64,000 nucleotides of DNA, from positions 11,256 through 75,255 of the forward strand of contig CALXBW010000004.1 of assembly GCA_944386645.1 (NCBI GenBank). Reading direction: 5' to 3'. The position numbers were made by a program, and so were the translations under genes. The notes beneath the pieces were generated by a model, which saw only the letters and a list, made by a program, of their open reading frames with translations, did not search any database and was not told where the DNA came from. The DNA is from an uncultured Clostridia bacterium (lineage in GTDB: Bacteria > Bacillota > Clostridia > TANB77 > CAG-508). How positions within the stretch are numbered: the first letter of the stretch is position 1; each line of letters begins with the position of its first letter. Positions 50,388 through 59,629 of this stretch are shown here, in pieces.

Positions 50388-51485
50388 TTGATTATTGATA
50401 TGGGCTATTTAAGTAAAGTGTTTAAAAGAATAATTTTATTATTACTTAGTATACTCTTACTTTTTTTAGTTGTTAAATTGTCTATATTCTATATGCCATT
50501 TTTAATAGCTTTTATAATAGCAAGTTTAATAGAACCTATAATAAGGTTTGTAAAAAAACATACAAAACTACAAAGAAAAACATCAGCAATAATAGTATTA
50601 ATAACAGTGTCTACTATCATAATAGGAATAATTGCGTGGGGGATAACTGTTTTAATATCAGAATCGTCGGAATTGTTGCAATCATTAAACATATATACAG
50701 ATAAAATATATAATTTATTTCAATCTTTTATAGGAAATATAAATTTTGAAAGATTTAATATACCATCAGAAGTTACACAATTATTACAAAACTCAACAAG
50801 CGATGTGCTTTCTGTTGTATCAAATGGTTTAAAAGGAATTTTAAATTCGATAATACAAGTAATAACATCATTACCAACAATAGGAATATATGTAGTTGTA
50901 ACATTACTTGCAACATATTTTATATGTGCAGATAGATTATATATATTAGATCAAATAGAACACCATTTTCCTAAAAAATGGGTAAAAAAATTAACACTTC
51001 ATTTAAAAAGACTGTTATCGAGCTTAGGAAATTATTTAAAAGCAGAGGCAATACTTGCAATTATAGCATTTTTTCAGATATTAATAGGTTTATATATACT
51101 TCAGAAAATGGGAATGAATGTACAATATCCTTTACTTGTAGCAATAGGAATTGGTTTTGTTGATGCACTCCCAATATTAGGTTCAGGTACAATTTTGGTA
51201 CCATGGGCATTTATATCAGCTATTAATGGTGATATAAGATTAGCAATAGGATTATTAATAATTTTTGCCATATTATCTGTTGTCAGACAATTCTTAGAAC
51301 CTAAAATAGTTAGCAAAAAAATAGGAATACATCCTATCTTTACATTAATTGCAATGTATACAGGATTTAAAGTAATAGGAATATTGGGTTTATTAATTGG
51401 ACCAATTGCAATGATTATAATAAAAAATTTATATGGAACTTTAATTGATAAAGGTGTTGTAAAAAGTATTTTCGAAAGAAAGTAA
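50388..51485 (+). CDS. ytvI: AI-2E (PerM) family transporter, sporulation membrane protein YtvI-like
   Basis: 365 aa, 8 TM, size and topology match the AI-2E family. TTG start after ggaggtaagg. Confidence 0.6.
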   Translation: MIIDMGYLSKVFKRIILLLLSILLLFLVVKLSIFYMPFLIAFIIASLIEPIIRFVKKHTKLQRKTSAIIVLITVSTIIIGIIAWGITVLISESSELLQSLNIYTDKIYNLFQSFIGNINFERFNIPSEVTQLLQNSTSDVLSVVSNGLKGILNSIIQVITSLPTIGIYVVVTLLATYFICADRLYILDQIEHHFPKKWVKKLTLHLKRLLSSLGNYLKAEAILAIIAFFQILIGLYILQKMGMNVQYPLLVAIGIGFVDALPILGSGTILVPWAFISAINGDIRLAIGLLIIFAILSVVRQFLEPKIVSKKIGIHPIFTLIAMYTGFKVIGILGLLIGPIAMIIIKNLYGTLIDKGVVKSIFERK

Positions 51486-51526
51486 TATCTAGAAAATTAA
51501 TGTTACAGCTTAATAAAAGTAATATA

Positions 51527-51643
51527 AAAAAATTAAATATAACTTTTTATTTGTAACTCCCAGCATCGCACAGTCTGTAAAACAGACTGTAAGCTTGCTG
51601 GTCCCCACGAATTGTTACTTCATAAAAAGTATATTTAATTTTT
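51527..51643. repeat. Dispersed palindromic element, copy D (minimal form; central hairpin loop is only aaa)
   Basis: aaaaaattaaATATAactttttatttGTAACtcccagcatcgcACAGTCTGTaaaACAGACTGTaagcttgctggtccccacgaattGTTACttcataaaaagTATATttaattttttt. Confidence 0.85.
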
Positions 51644-51677
51644 TTAATTATAGGAAATCTCTTTTTTTACCACAACA

Positions 51678-52238
51678 TTAATTTCTAGATATTAATACAG
51701 AAGTAGGAACATATGTATCATCAGGAGGATATACAAATTCTGTTTTTGGTTTATCAATATTTTTTATAGATTCAATCTCTATTACAGGTATTTCGCCATG
51801 ATAATTTCCTTTTGTTATTTTACCTGTTATTTCAACCCATGTTTTATCTTGAAAGTTTTTTGCTTGAGAATATTTACATAAAAAACCTACAACAAGAGTT
51901 TGATTATTTGAATCTATAATCATATCTCTTGCAAGCACAAATTCTTCACTTGAAAAATCCTGTACACGATAAATATAACCACTAAATTTAATTGATTGAC
52001 CTATATATGTATCAATATTTTCATGAACAGCTTTTAATACATTAGTATAATTTTCAGGAGAGATATTTGCAATATGTTCGTTTGGCAAGCAAGTGTCTAC
52101 ATCACTTTTAGAACTTAAAGCAGAACTAAATATTTTAAATGCAGATATAGAAAAGAATATTATAAGTATAATAACAATAATAAAAAAGATAATTTTGAAA
52201 ATTTTTGATTTATTTAAATTAAAATTATATACAAACAT
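51678..52238 (-). CDS. Hypothetical N-terminally anchored extracytoplasmic protein (186 aa)
   Basis: N-terminal TM, then a soluble domain. No motif recognised. Confidence 0.45.
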   Translation of the reverse strand: MFVYNFNLNKSKIFKIIFFIIVIILIIFFSISAFKIFSSALSSKSDVDTCLPNEHIANISPENYTNVLKAVHENIDTYIGQSIKFSGYIYRVQDFSSEEFVLARDMIIDSNNQTLVVGFLCKYSQAKNFQDKTWVEITGKITKGNYHGEIPVIEIESIKNIDKPKTEFVYPPDDTYVPTSVLISRN

Positions 52239-52404
52239 TAAAATCCTCCAATCAAAAAAGTATCGTTTATAAATAATATGAGGAAATTTATATAATATGT
52301 ATATTTAATATAAATATTAAGTTTTATGTGTAGAACAAATCAGAAAGTATGGTTTTCATATTGCATGAAAAAGCTGTACTAACATATGTTAGTACAGCTA
52401 GGAG

Positions 52405-52722
52405 TTAATTTATTTTTTTTATTTTTTTTATTCTTTTATCAATGAGTGCAATTGCACTTATGAGAATGAATAACATCATTAATAAAAGAATAACGAAAGC
52501 AACAGCCATAAACATATGTATACTATTTACGACTGCAAAGGTCTCTAAGATATTTGGAAGACCTAATAGTTCAAACAATATCTTATTTGTCAATAAAAAC
52601 AAACAAGATAATAAAATTAAGCAAATAATTGTATATACGTACATATACAATTTGTATTTCCGGATAGTACGTTGTTTCTGATTATTTCTCATTTTTTTTG
52701 CCTCCTTTAAATTTAAAAACAC
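52405..52722 (-). CDS. Small hydrophobic protein (105 aa, 2-3 TM)
   Basis: ORF with TM segments. It is one of three tandem small membrane-protein genes on the minus strand. Confidence 0.4.
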   Translation of the reverse strand: MFLNLKEAKKMRNNQKQRTIRKYKLYMYVYTIICLILLSCLFLLTNKILFELLGLPNILETFAVVNSIHMFMAVAFVILLLMMLFILISAIALIDKRIKKIKKIN

Positions 52723-52994
52723 TTAAAATAGAGTTTGTAAATTTCTCTAATAACTCCAATTAAAATAATTGAAGCAATTAAAGAAAATACAAATAAACAA
52801 ATTGAAAATGTAGCATTTATATCTAAAATGTGTATACTATATGGTTGAAAACCATACCCTATAATATTTGCCATGTAGCAAAATATTATAGGCAAAAAAA
52901 TAAATGCTAACAATAAAAAGTAAAAAAACAACCAGAAATCTACGAATTGATTAGGTACTAGTTTCCGAATAATTTTGCTATACATGATGAACAA
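52713..52994 (-). CDS. Small hydrophobic protein (93 aa)
   Basis: ORF with TM segments. Confidence 0.4.
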   Translation of the reverse strand: MFIMYSKIIRKLVPNQFVDFWLFFYFLLLAFIFLPIIFCYMANIIGYGFQPYSIHILDINATFSICLFVFSLIASIILIGVIREIYKLYFKCF

Positions 52995-53076
52995 CTCCTT
53001 TAAAAAATATTATGTAAATATTATACTATTTTTTTATAATAAAATCAAGGATTACATAAAAAGAAGTTGACATTTG

Positions 53077-53349
53077 TCAACTTCTTTCTTCGATTTTTTC
53101 TTTTAAGGATATTAATTTATTAAAATAAACTAATAACAAAACAAACAAAGGTATGCTTAGAGCAATATAAATTGGCATGATATTGCCTTCTATTAACTGT
53201 ATTAGATAGTTTTGCAAGTTTATTGCGGCAATATAATAAGCAATATTGCATAGGACGAACATAAAAGAAATAAAAGCAGTTAATAGTAAAAGTGGAAAAA
53301 TTATTAAGATACGATTGTTTATTTTTTCTATAACTTTCGAGGATTTCAT
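53077..53349 (-). CDS. Small hydrophobic protein (90 aa)
   Basis: ORF with TM segments and RBS ggagag. Confidence 0.4.
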   Translation of the reverse strand: MKSSKVIEKINNRILIIFPLLLLTAFISFMFVLCNIAYYIAAINLQNYLIQLIEGNIMPIYIALSIPLFVLLLVYFNKLISLKEKIEERS

Positions 53350-53642
53350 TTGAAATCTCTCCTTTCATAATAATATGTAATTAACATAATTATAACACTA
53401 TTATAGAAAAATATCAAATTGTAACCCAATTTGCAGCATACGATTTTGATATAATAATATTGAATAAATTTTTCTTTCATATAACTTGCATAATTTTACA
53501 AATATACTTGATATTTACATAATGATATGATATAATATGAAACGTTATCAAGGTTAAAGACCTGATTACATTATAAAATAAAGCAGTGAAAAAGCAAGTA
53601 GGAATAAAATTATTCATACACTATCATGAAAGGAGATTAACT

Positions 53643-54536
53643 ATGAATAGCAACAGCCTTAATCAAGAAAACCAGATGTTAACAGAAAATCGGAGTGGAA
53701 TCATAACACATCCAAGAGAAATAATGGACTTAAGAGAATTGTTTGTTATTTTAACCTACAGTTGCAATGGAAATTGCGAGTATTGCATCGAAAGAAATGT
53801 TCATCAAAAAGGAATGATTAGTGATGAAAATTTCGAAAAAGCAATAACTTTTGCCAAAGAAAAAGGTTTAACAACCATTTTTTTACACGGTGGCGAACCT
53901 TCTATGCATCCTAATATTGTTAGCTATGCTAAAAAAGCTAAAGATGCAGGATTTTTGGTAAAGATGTTTACAAATGGTATTGCCATTGATAAAATTAGGC
54001 AATTGGATGGTATCCTTGACGAGATTATCTTCTCGTATAGAGGCAAATACTCATTGCATAATCAAAAAGAATGGAAGACACCTTTGTCTCTGCAGGTACT
54101 TGTGATGCAGGATGAATTTCCAACATTAGAAGATTTGAGAGCATTTATTGTTGAAAAAAGTGCTACGGGTATGAAACTTAGAATTCATACTTTAAATCCA
54201 GTAAATCAGTATTCGTATGAGCATCAATATGTTTCCTATCTTGAGGATATGTTTATGGAACTTCCTGATGATGAGATTTTTTGTGCAAGTAATAAAGTTA
54301 TGTTAGCATATGAAGGTGTTGGAATTCGCTTGACGAATAAATCCTTAAATCCTTCTCATCTTAAATATAGCATGACTCCATCTGGTGAAATTCAGACTAA
54401 TTTTAAGAGACACTTTGAGGAAATTGTAAAGAATGACACAATGGAAACGCTATTACAAAAATCTTATGAAAAGTTAATGAGGTTGAGAGAAGATAAGAGT
54501 CTTGTTACTCTTGATAAAGTGTTAGGTTTTTACTAG
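53643..54536 (+). CDS. Radical SAM domain protein (297 aa, single CX3CX2C cluster, no SPASM/twitch Cys)
   Basis: YSCNGNCEYC (CX3CX2C) and a LHGGEP SAM-binding glycine motif. Start chosen at the ATG after aaaggagat. Clearly higher GC than the neighbouring DNA. Confidence 0.75.
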   Translation: MNSNSLNQENQMLTENRSGIITHPREIMDLRELFVILTYSCNGNCEYCIERNVHQKGMISDENFEKAITFAKEKGLTTIFLHGGEPSMHPNIVSYAKKAKDAGFLVKMFTNGIAIDKIRQLDGILDEIIFSYRGKYSLHNQKEWKTPLSLQVLVMQDEFPTLEDLRAFIVEKSATGMKLRIHTLNPVNQYSYEHQYVSYLEDMFMELPDDEIFCASNKVMLAYEGVGIRLTNKSLNPSHLKYSMTPSGEIQTNFKRHFEEIVKNDTMETLLQKSYEKLMRLREDKSLVTLDKVLGFY

Positions 54537-54581
54537 TGACTTAACACTTATTTGAAATAATGAAAGGATGATATAACGAAA

Positions 54582-55115
54582 ATGAGAAAGAAGTATACAA
54601 GTAAAACATACTTGCGAGGGGTTTCTGATTGGGATTTTATTATTCAAAAGCGAAAATCAGAAAATTATTATGTAAGTATAAAAAAAGTAAATGAAATTGA
54701 TAAACCTTTTATTGTTGATATGTCAGGACAGAGTATTGTATATATTGATAATGGTTACTATATATTAGAATTTACACCATTAGAACAATTTTACAATGTA
54801 AGGGTATTTCTAAATAAGAACGCAGATGTAATAGGATATTATTTTGATATAAGTCGAGGAAATGGCGTAGAAGAAAATATACCCTATTATGATGATCTGT
54901 ATTTGGATATTATTTATTGTCCGGCAGATAATAATTTTATAGTAGTTGATGACAAAGATGAATTATTAGATGCATTGAGTGCTGGAAAAATAACAAGGAA
55001 AGAATTTGATTTGGCAGAAGATGTGTGTTCAAAATTACTCGAAGAAATTCAGACAAATAGAAACATATTTATTAATATGAATAAAAAGGAATTGATTCAG
55101 AGATATTTTAGATAA
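54582..55115 (+). CDS. DUF402 protein (FomD / Ntdp-like nucleotide phosphohydrolase family)
   Basis: IGYYFDISRG...IPYYDDLYLDIIYCPADNNFIVVDDKDELLDA matches the DUF402 signature seen in S. aureus Ntdp and FomD (YYxNIS...YIDYDLDIxVYPNG...LLDEDE). Confidence 0.6.
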   Translation: MRKKYTSKTYLRGVSDWDFIIQKRKSENYYVSIKKVNEIDKPFIVDMSGQSIVYIDNGYYILEFTPLEQFYNVRVFLNKNADVIGYYFDISRGNGVEENIPYYDDLYLDIIYCPADNNFIVVDDKDELLDALSAGKITRKEFDLAEDVCSKLLEEIQTNRNIFINMNKKELIQRYFR

Positions 55116-55199
55116 AAAAATCTTACAAGAACACAATTCTCCTTATGAACTAGCTTTAAAAAAACATAGTTAATACTGTAAAAAGACTATTGGTAATAT

Positions 55200-55560
55200 A
55201 TACTAATAGTCTTTTTATGCATGTGCGACAGGCATGTCGTTTAGCTAATCGGTGAAAGTCCGTAGTGGAGGTAGATATCACCAACCACATAGAGAAGCAC
55301 AAGCTATCCATCGTGAGGTGGAAGTGGAGAAAGTGTGTATCAAAATATAAATGATAAAATAAGAATGTATGAAAAATCGAAAATAACGATGTACAAAAAC
55401 TTGTGCTTATTGAGAAGAAACTAGGGTTAAAAGTAAATGCGGAGAAAAGTAAAGTAACGAGACCAACACAGACAAAATATCTAGGGTTCATATTTAATAT
55501 AAATTGAACCGCCACTTATGACAACCGCTTGAGTGGTGGTGTGAGATGGGAGAAACACAT
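55200..55560 (+). mobile_element. Degraded group II intron fragment (5' GUGCG-like end plus a short remnant of the intron-encoded reverse transcriptase)
   Basis: GTGCGAC at 55222. The in-frame peptide LIEKKLGLKVNAEKSKVTRPTQTKYLGFIFNIN* at ~55400-55508 matches RT domain 6/7 of group II IEPs (LNxEKTKIT...FLGF). GC is elevated. No intact ORF or domain V was seen. Confidence 0.5.
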
Positions 55561-55696
55561 TAAGTGTTATCCTCTACTCGATTTAATGAATTAATTATAA
55601 ATATTAATTTCATATCATTGACTTTTTAATGCTTTTTTTGTATTATTTTAGAAAATAGAAATAAAATATTTCTATAAAAATGTGGAGGAAAATTTT

Positions 55697-56569
55697 ATGA
55701 TTGATTTACATATACATACAGTGTATTCAGATGGAGACAAAACTGTAGAAGAAATATTAAAAATGTGTGAAGAAAAAAATATAGAATATATATCAATAAC
55801 AGACCATGATACATGTAAACAATACCAAGATGAAATACTAAAAAACAATACAATATTTAGTGGTAGAATTATAAAAGGCTCAGAATTACATGCAATGTTT
55901 CAAAATGAAAGTATTGAAATATTAGCTTACAATATTAATACAGATATAATCGATAAATGGTGTAAAAAATACTATTCTAATGAAATATTAAAGGAACAGC
56001 AAGGAATATTATATCAAAGATTATTAGATATATGTCAGAAACATGGACTTATATATGATGAGAATAAAATAAAAAAACCAACAAAAGTATATAAATACGT
56101 GGAAAATCCAATTTATGAAGAGTTACTTAGGCACCATGAAAATCATAGGATATTAGGAGAATTTGCAAAATCATTTAATATATTTTTTAGAAATGGATTA
56201 GCAAATCCAGAAAGTAGTTATTTCATGAATTATGCAGAATTTAGACCACAATATAAAGAAGTGATTGATAATGTTCATAAGGCAGGAGGAAAAGCATTTT
56301 TAGCACATCCATTTGAATATAGATTTAGAGATATTATTAATTTTATAGATGATTTAAGAAAAGAAGCTGAGTTGGATGGAATAGAATGTTATCACCCATC
56401 ATCTGAAAAAGATAATAGGAAAGATATTTTAGTAGAGTATGCAAGGAAGAATGGATTGTTTATTAGTGGAGGAAGTGATTATCACGGAAGAATTAAACCA
56501 GATATAGATATAGGAATAGGTAGAGGAAATCTAAATATAACAAAGGAAATAATAGAAGCATGGGTATAA
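55697..56569 (+). CDS. PHP-domain metal-dependent phosphoesterase (TrpH/YciV-like)
   Basis: MIDLHIHTVYSDG...ISITDHDT is the canonical PHP motif I/II. 291 aa. Confidence 0.7.
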   Translation: MIDLHIHTVYSDGDKTVEEILKMCEEKNIEYISITDHDTCKQYQDEILKNNTIFSGRIIKGSELHAMFQNESIEILAYNINTDIIDKWCKKYYSNEILKEQQGILYQRLLDICQKHGLIYDENKIKKPTKVYKYVENPIYEELLRHHENHRILGEFAKSFNIFFRNGLANPESSYFMNYAEFRPQYKEVIDNVHKAGGKAFLAHPFEYRFRDIINFIDDLRKEAELDGIECYHPSSEKDNRKDILVEYARKNGLFISGGSDYHGRIKPDIDIGIGRGNLNITKEIIEAWV

Positions 56570-56956
56570 AATATAGTGTTTTTTCATATATTGAAAATTT
56601 TATTAAATAATCAAAAAAACAAAGAAAATTTGATTAAATAATTTTGATTTTATTAATAATATAATAAAAATTGTTAATTATATTATCATAAATTTTTTAT
56701 ATAACAAATACAATTTTAATTTACTAAAATTAAGGACTTTTCGTTAATATTAATCAAGTAATTTGCGGAAGAACCATTCTTATTTTACTATTTATATTTT
56801 TTATCAAAAAATATAACAGAGTTTTTAAAACAAAGAATCCAACTCTTATCGAGCTGAATTTTTTGTTTCTTGGGTTTCTACTTTAGGACACCCTCATTTA
56901 TCTGGTCTGAACAGTAATATCAAATTTTGATTTTTCTGCAAAATTAAATAAAAAAT

Positions 56957-56984
56957 ATTGACAAATGACCATCATAATATATAA
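56957..56984 (+). promoter_or_regulatory. Sigma-A-type promoter TTGACA-N16-TATAAT upstream of glgP
   Basis: Read directly. Perfect consensus hexamers. Confidence 0.5.
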
Positions 56985-57036
56985 TTAGTATGTTAAACAT
57001 GAAGATAAAAGGTTAATATACAGAGGAGGAAAATTT

Positions 57037-59604
57037 ATGTATGTATTTAACAGAATAACTGTTAATCCACAATTACCAAAAAGGATAAATAGGTTAGATG
57101 AAATATCAAATAATTTATGGTGGTCTTGGAATACAGACTTTTTGGAATTATTTAAACAAATAGACAAAAATTTATGGTATGAAGTTGGTAGAAATCCTGT
57201 AAAATTTTTAAAATTGGTTAGTCAAGAAAGATTAGAAGAATTAGCAGAAGATGCAGATTTTTTAAAGAAATATGATAAAAGTGTTTCAGATTTCGATAAT
57301 TATATGCATAGTACTAATACATGGTATGATAATAAATATCCAAATACAAGAGATAAAAATCTAATAGCATATTTTTCTGCTGAATATGGATTAGATGAGA
57401 TAATACCAATATATTCAGGAGGTCTTGGAATACTTTCAGGTGATCATTTAAAATCTGCAAGTGACCTAGGTATTCCTCTTGTTGGTGTTGGATTGCTATA
57501 TAAAAATGGATATTTTGATCAAAAGATTAATGAATATGGAATACAAAAATCTGATTATCAAAACTTAGATATAACTAATTTACCAATTACACCTGTTCAT
57601 AATGAGAAAGGTGAAGATTTATTAGTTTCAGTTAAGTTTTATGGTGAGGAAGTATTTGTTAAAGTATGGCAAATAAATGTTGGAAGAGTTAAATTATATT
57701 TAATGGATTCTGATATACCTAAAAATAGAAAAGAATATAGAGAAACAACTTTAAAATTATATGGTGGAGATAAAGAAACAAGAATAAGACAAGAAATTAT
57801 TTTAGGAATAGGTGGAGCAAGATTATTAAGTAAATTAAATTTAAAGCCAACTATATATCACATGAACGAGGGACATTCATCATTTTTGACTTTGGAATTA
57901 ATGAGAAAAACAATGGAAGATAGACAAGTATCTTTTAATATAGCAAGAGATATTGTTTCAGCAAAAACTGTATTTACAACACATACTCCAGTTCCTGCGG
58001 GAAATGATATTTTTGATATACAATTAATAGATAAATATTTTGGAGAATTTTGGGGTAAATTAGGTATTCCAAGGGATAGATTTTTAAGATTAGGAATGAA
58101 ATGTAGAGAAGGATTAGAACCTGGATTTAATATGGGAATACTTGCATTAAAAATTTCTGGAAAGAAAAATGGTGTTAGTAAGTTACATTGTGAGGTATCT
58201 AAAGAATTATTTGGTGAGATATGGTCAAATATAGCTACAAAAGAGGCACCTATTACATATGTTACAAATGGAGTTCATACTTGTTCATGGTTAGCACCAA
58301 ATATAAAGAGATTATATAATAAATATTTAGTTCCTTATTGGCAAGATAATATACAATTAGAATCTACTTGGAAAAATATAAAAAGTATTCCAGATGAAGA
58401 GTTATGGGAGGCACATAACGAGAGAAAAGTAAAGCTAATGGAATTAGTTAAGCAAAATGAAATAAGCAGATTAAAAAATACAGGAATAAGCTATGAAACA
58501 TTAAAAGAAATAGTTTCAAATTTTAATCCAGATGCATTAACTATTGGATTTGCAAGAAGATTTGCCACATATAAAAGAGCAAATTTGATATTTAAAAACA
58601 TAGAAAGAATAACAGAAATATGTAATGATAAGGACAAACCAGTTCAATTTGTATTTGCAGGTAAGGCGCATCCTGCAGATAAAGAAGGACAAGATCTAAT
58701 TAAATATATACATGAGATTTCAATGGTTCCTCAATTCAAAGGAAAAATATTTATACTAGAAAACTATAATATAGAAATGGCAAGATATTTGGTAAGTGGT
58801 GTAGATGTATGGCTTAATAATCCAAGACGACCAATGGAGGCATCTGGTACTAGTGGACAAAAAGCATCAATAAATGGTGTAGTTAATTTCAGTATTTTAG
58901 ATGGTTGGTGGGCAGAAGGATATAATGGAAAAAATGGATGGGCTATAGGCTCAAATAAAGAATATTCTTCATATGAAGAACAAGATATAGCTGATAGTAA
59001 TAGTATATATGATATATTAGAAAATGAAATAATTCCAGCATATTATAATAGAGATGATAAAGGTTTACCAAGAGAATGGATAAGATATATGAAAAGCTCT
59101 ATAGAATCTAATGCAGGAAGATTTAGTACAGCAAGAATGCTTGTTGATTATATGGAAAAATTATATATGCCTTTATATGACTTATCAACTAAATATTTTT
59201 CAAATTTAGATACAATTTCAGATTTTAATCAATGGAAAAGAGATTTAAAATTAAATTGGAACGATATTGAAATTACACAGTTTGATAATGTAAATAATAA
59301 AAAATTAGATGCTGGAAACACAATTGAAGTAAATTGCCAAGTTAAATTGCCTAATATATCAGTAGAAAGTATAGAAGTTGAAGCATATTTTGGAAAAATT
59401 ATGGATAATGGTACTTTAGATGAAGTAAAAATTATACCGATGAAACTTATAAAATCAGATGAAAATGAAAAAAGATATACATATAAAGCAAAGATAGAGT
59501 TGACAACAGGTGGTGAATACGGGTATACTTTTAGAGTAGTTCCTAAACATTATATGTTATTAGACCAACAAAATTTGAATTTAGTAAAATGGATAACTAA
59601 ATAA
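57037..59604 (+). CDS. glgP: Alpha-glucan (glycogen/maltodextrin) phosphorylase, GT35 family
   Basis: 855 aa. Alpha-glucan phosphorylase family region NGVVNFSILDGWWAEGY and the PLP-binding Lys region EASGTSGQKASINGV. Confidence 0.8.
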   Translation: MYVFNRITVNPQLPKRINRLDEISNNLWWSWNTDFLELFKQIDKNLWYEVGRNPVKFLKLVSQERLEELAEDADFLKKYDKSVSDFDNYMHSTNTWYDNKYPNTRDKNLIAYFSAEYGLDEIIPIYSGGLGILSGDHLKSASDLGIPLVGVGLLYKNGYFDQKINEYGIQKSDYQNLDITNLPITPVHNEKGEDLLVSVKFYGEEVFVKVWQINVGRVKLYLMDSDIPKNRKEYRETTLKLYGGDKETRIRQEIILGIGGARLLSKLNLKPTIYHMNEGHSSFLTLELMRKTMEDRQVSFNIARDIVSAKTVFTTHTPVPAGNDIFDIQLIDKYFGEFWGKLGIPRDRFLRLGMKCREGLEPGFNMGILALKISGKKNGVSKLHCEVSKELFGEIWSNIATKEAPITYVTNGVHTCSWLAPNIKRLYNKYLVPYWQDNIQLESTWKNIKSIPDEELWEAHNERKVKLMELVKQNEISRLKNTGISYETLKEIVSNFNPDALTIGFARRFATYKRANLIFKNIERITEICNDKDKPVQFVFAGKAHPADKEGQDLIKYIHEISMVPQFKGKIFILENYNIEMARYLVSGVDVWLNNPRRPMEASGTSGQKASINGVVNFSILDGWWAEGYNGKNGWAIGSNKEYSSYEEQDIADSNSIYDILENEIIPAYYNRDDKGLPREWIRYMKSSIESNAGRFSTARMLVDYMEKLYMPLYDLSTKYFSNLDTISDFNQWKRDLKLNWNDIEITQFDNVNNKKLDAGNTIEVNCQVKLPNISVESIEVEAYFGKIMDNGTLDEVKIIPMKLIKSDENEKRYTYKAKIELTTGGEYGYTFRVVPKHYMLLDQQNLNLVKWITK

Positions 59605-59629
59605 TATTTAAAAGGAGAGATTGATTAGT

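Noticed and set aside
53643-54536. Calling the radical SAM protein a prokaryotic viperin (pVip)
   Set aside because: The shared features (CX3CX2C, GGEP, TNG) are generic to the MoaA/viperin/QueE-type rSAM fold. No viperin-specific C-terminal motif is evident. Left as a generic rSAM with a hypothesis to test.
55156-55515. 119 aa minus-strand ORF across the GC-rich region
   Set aside because: It spans the group II intron remnant and has no RBS. The plus strand carries the recognisable RT-fragment translation, so the ORF is an artefact of the foreign GC-rich DNA.
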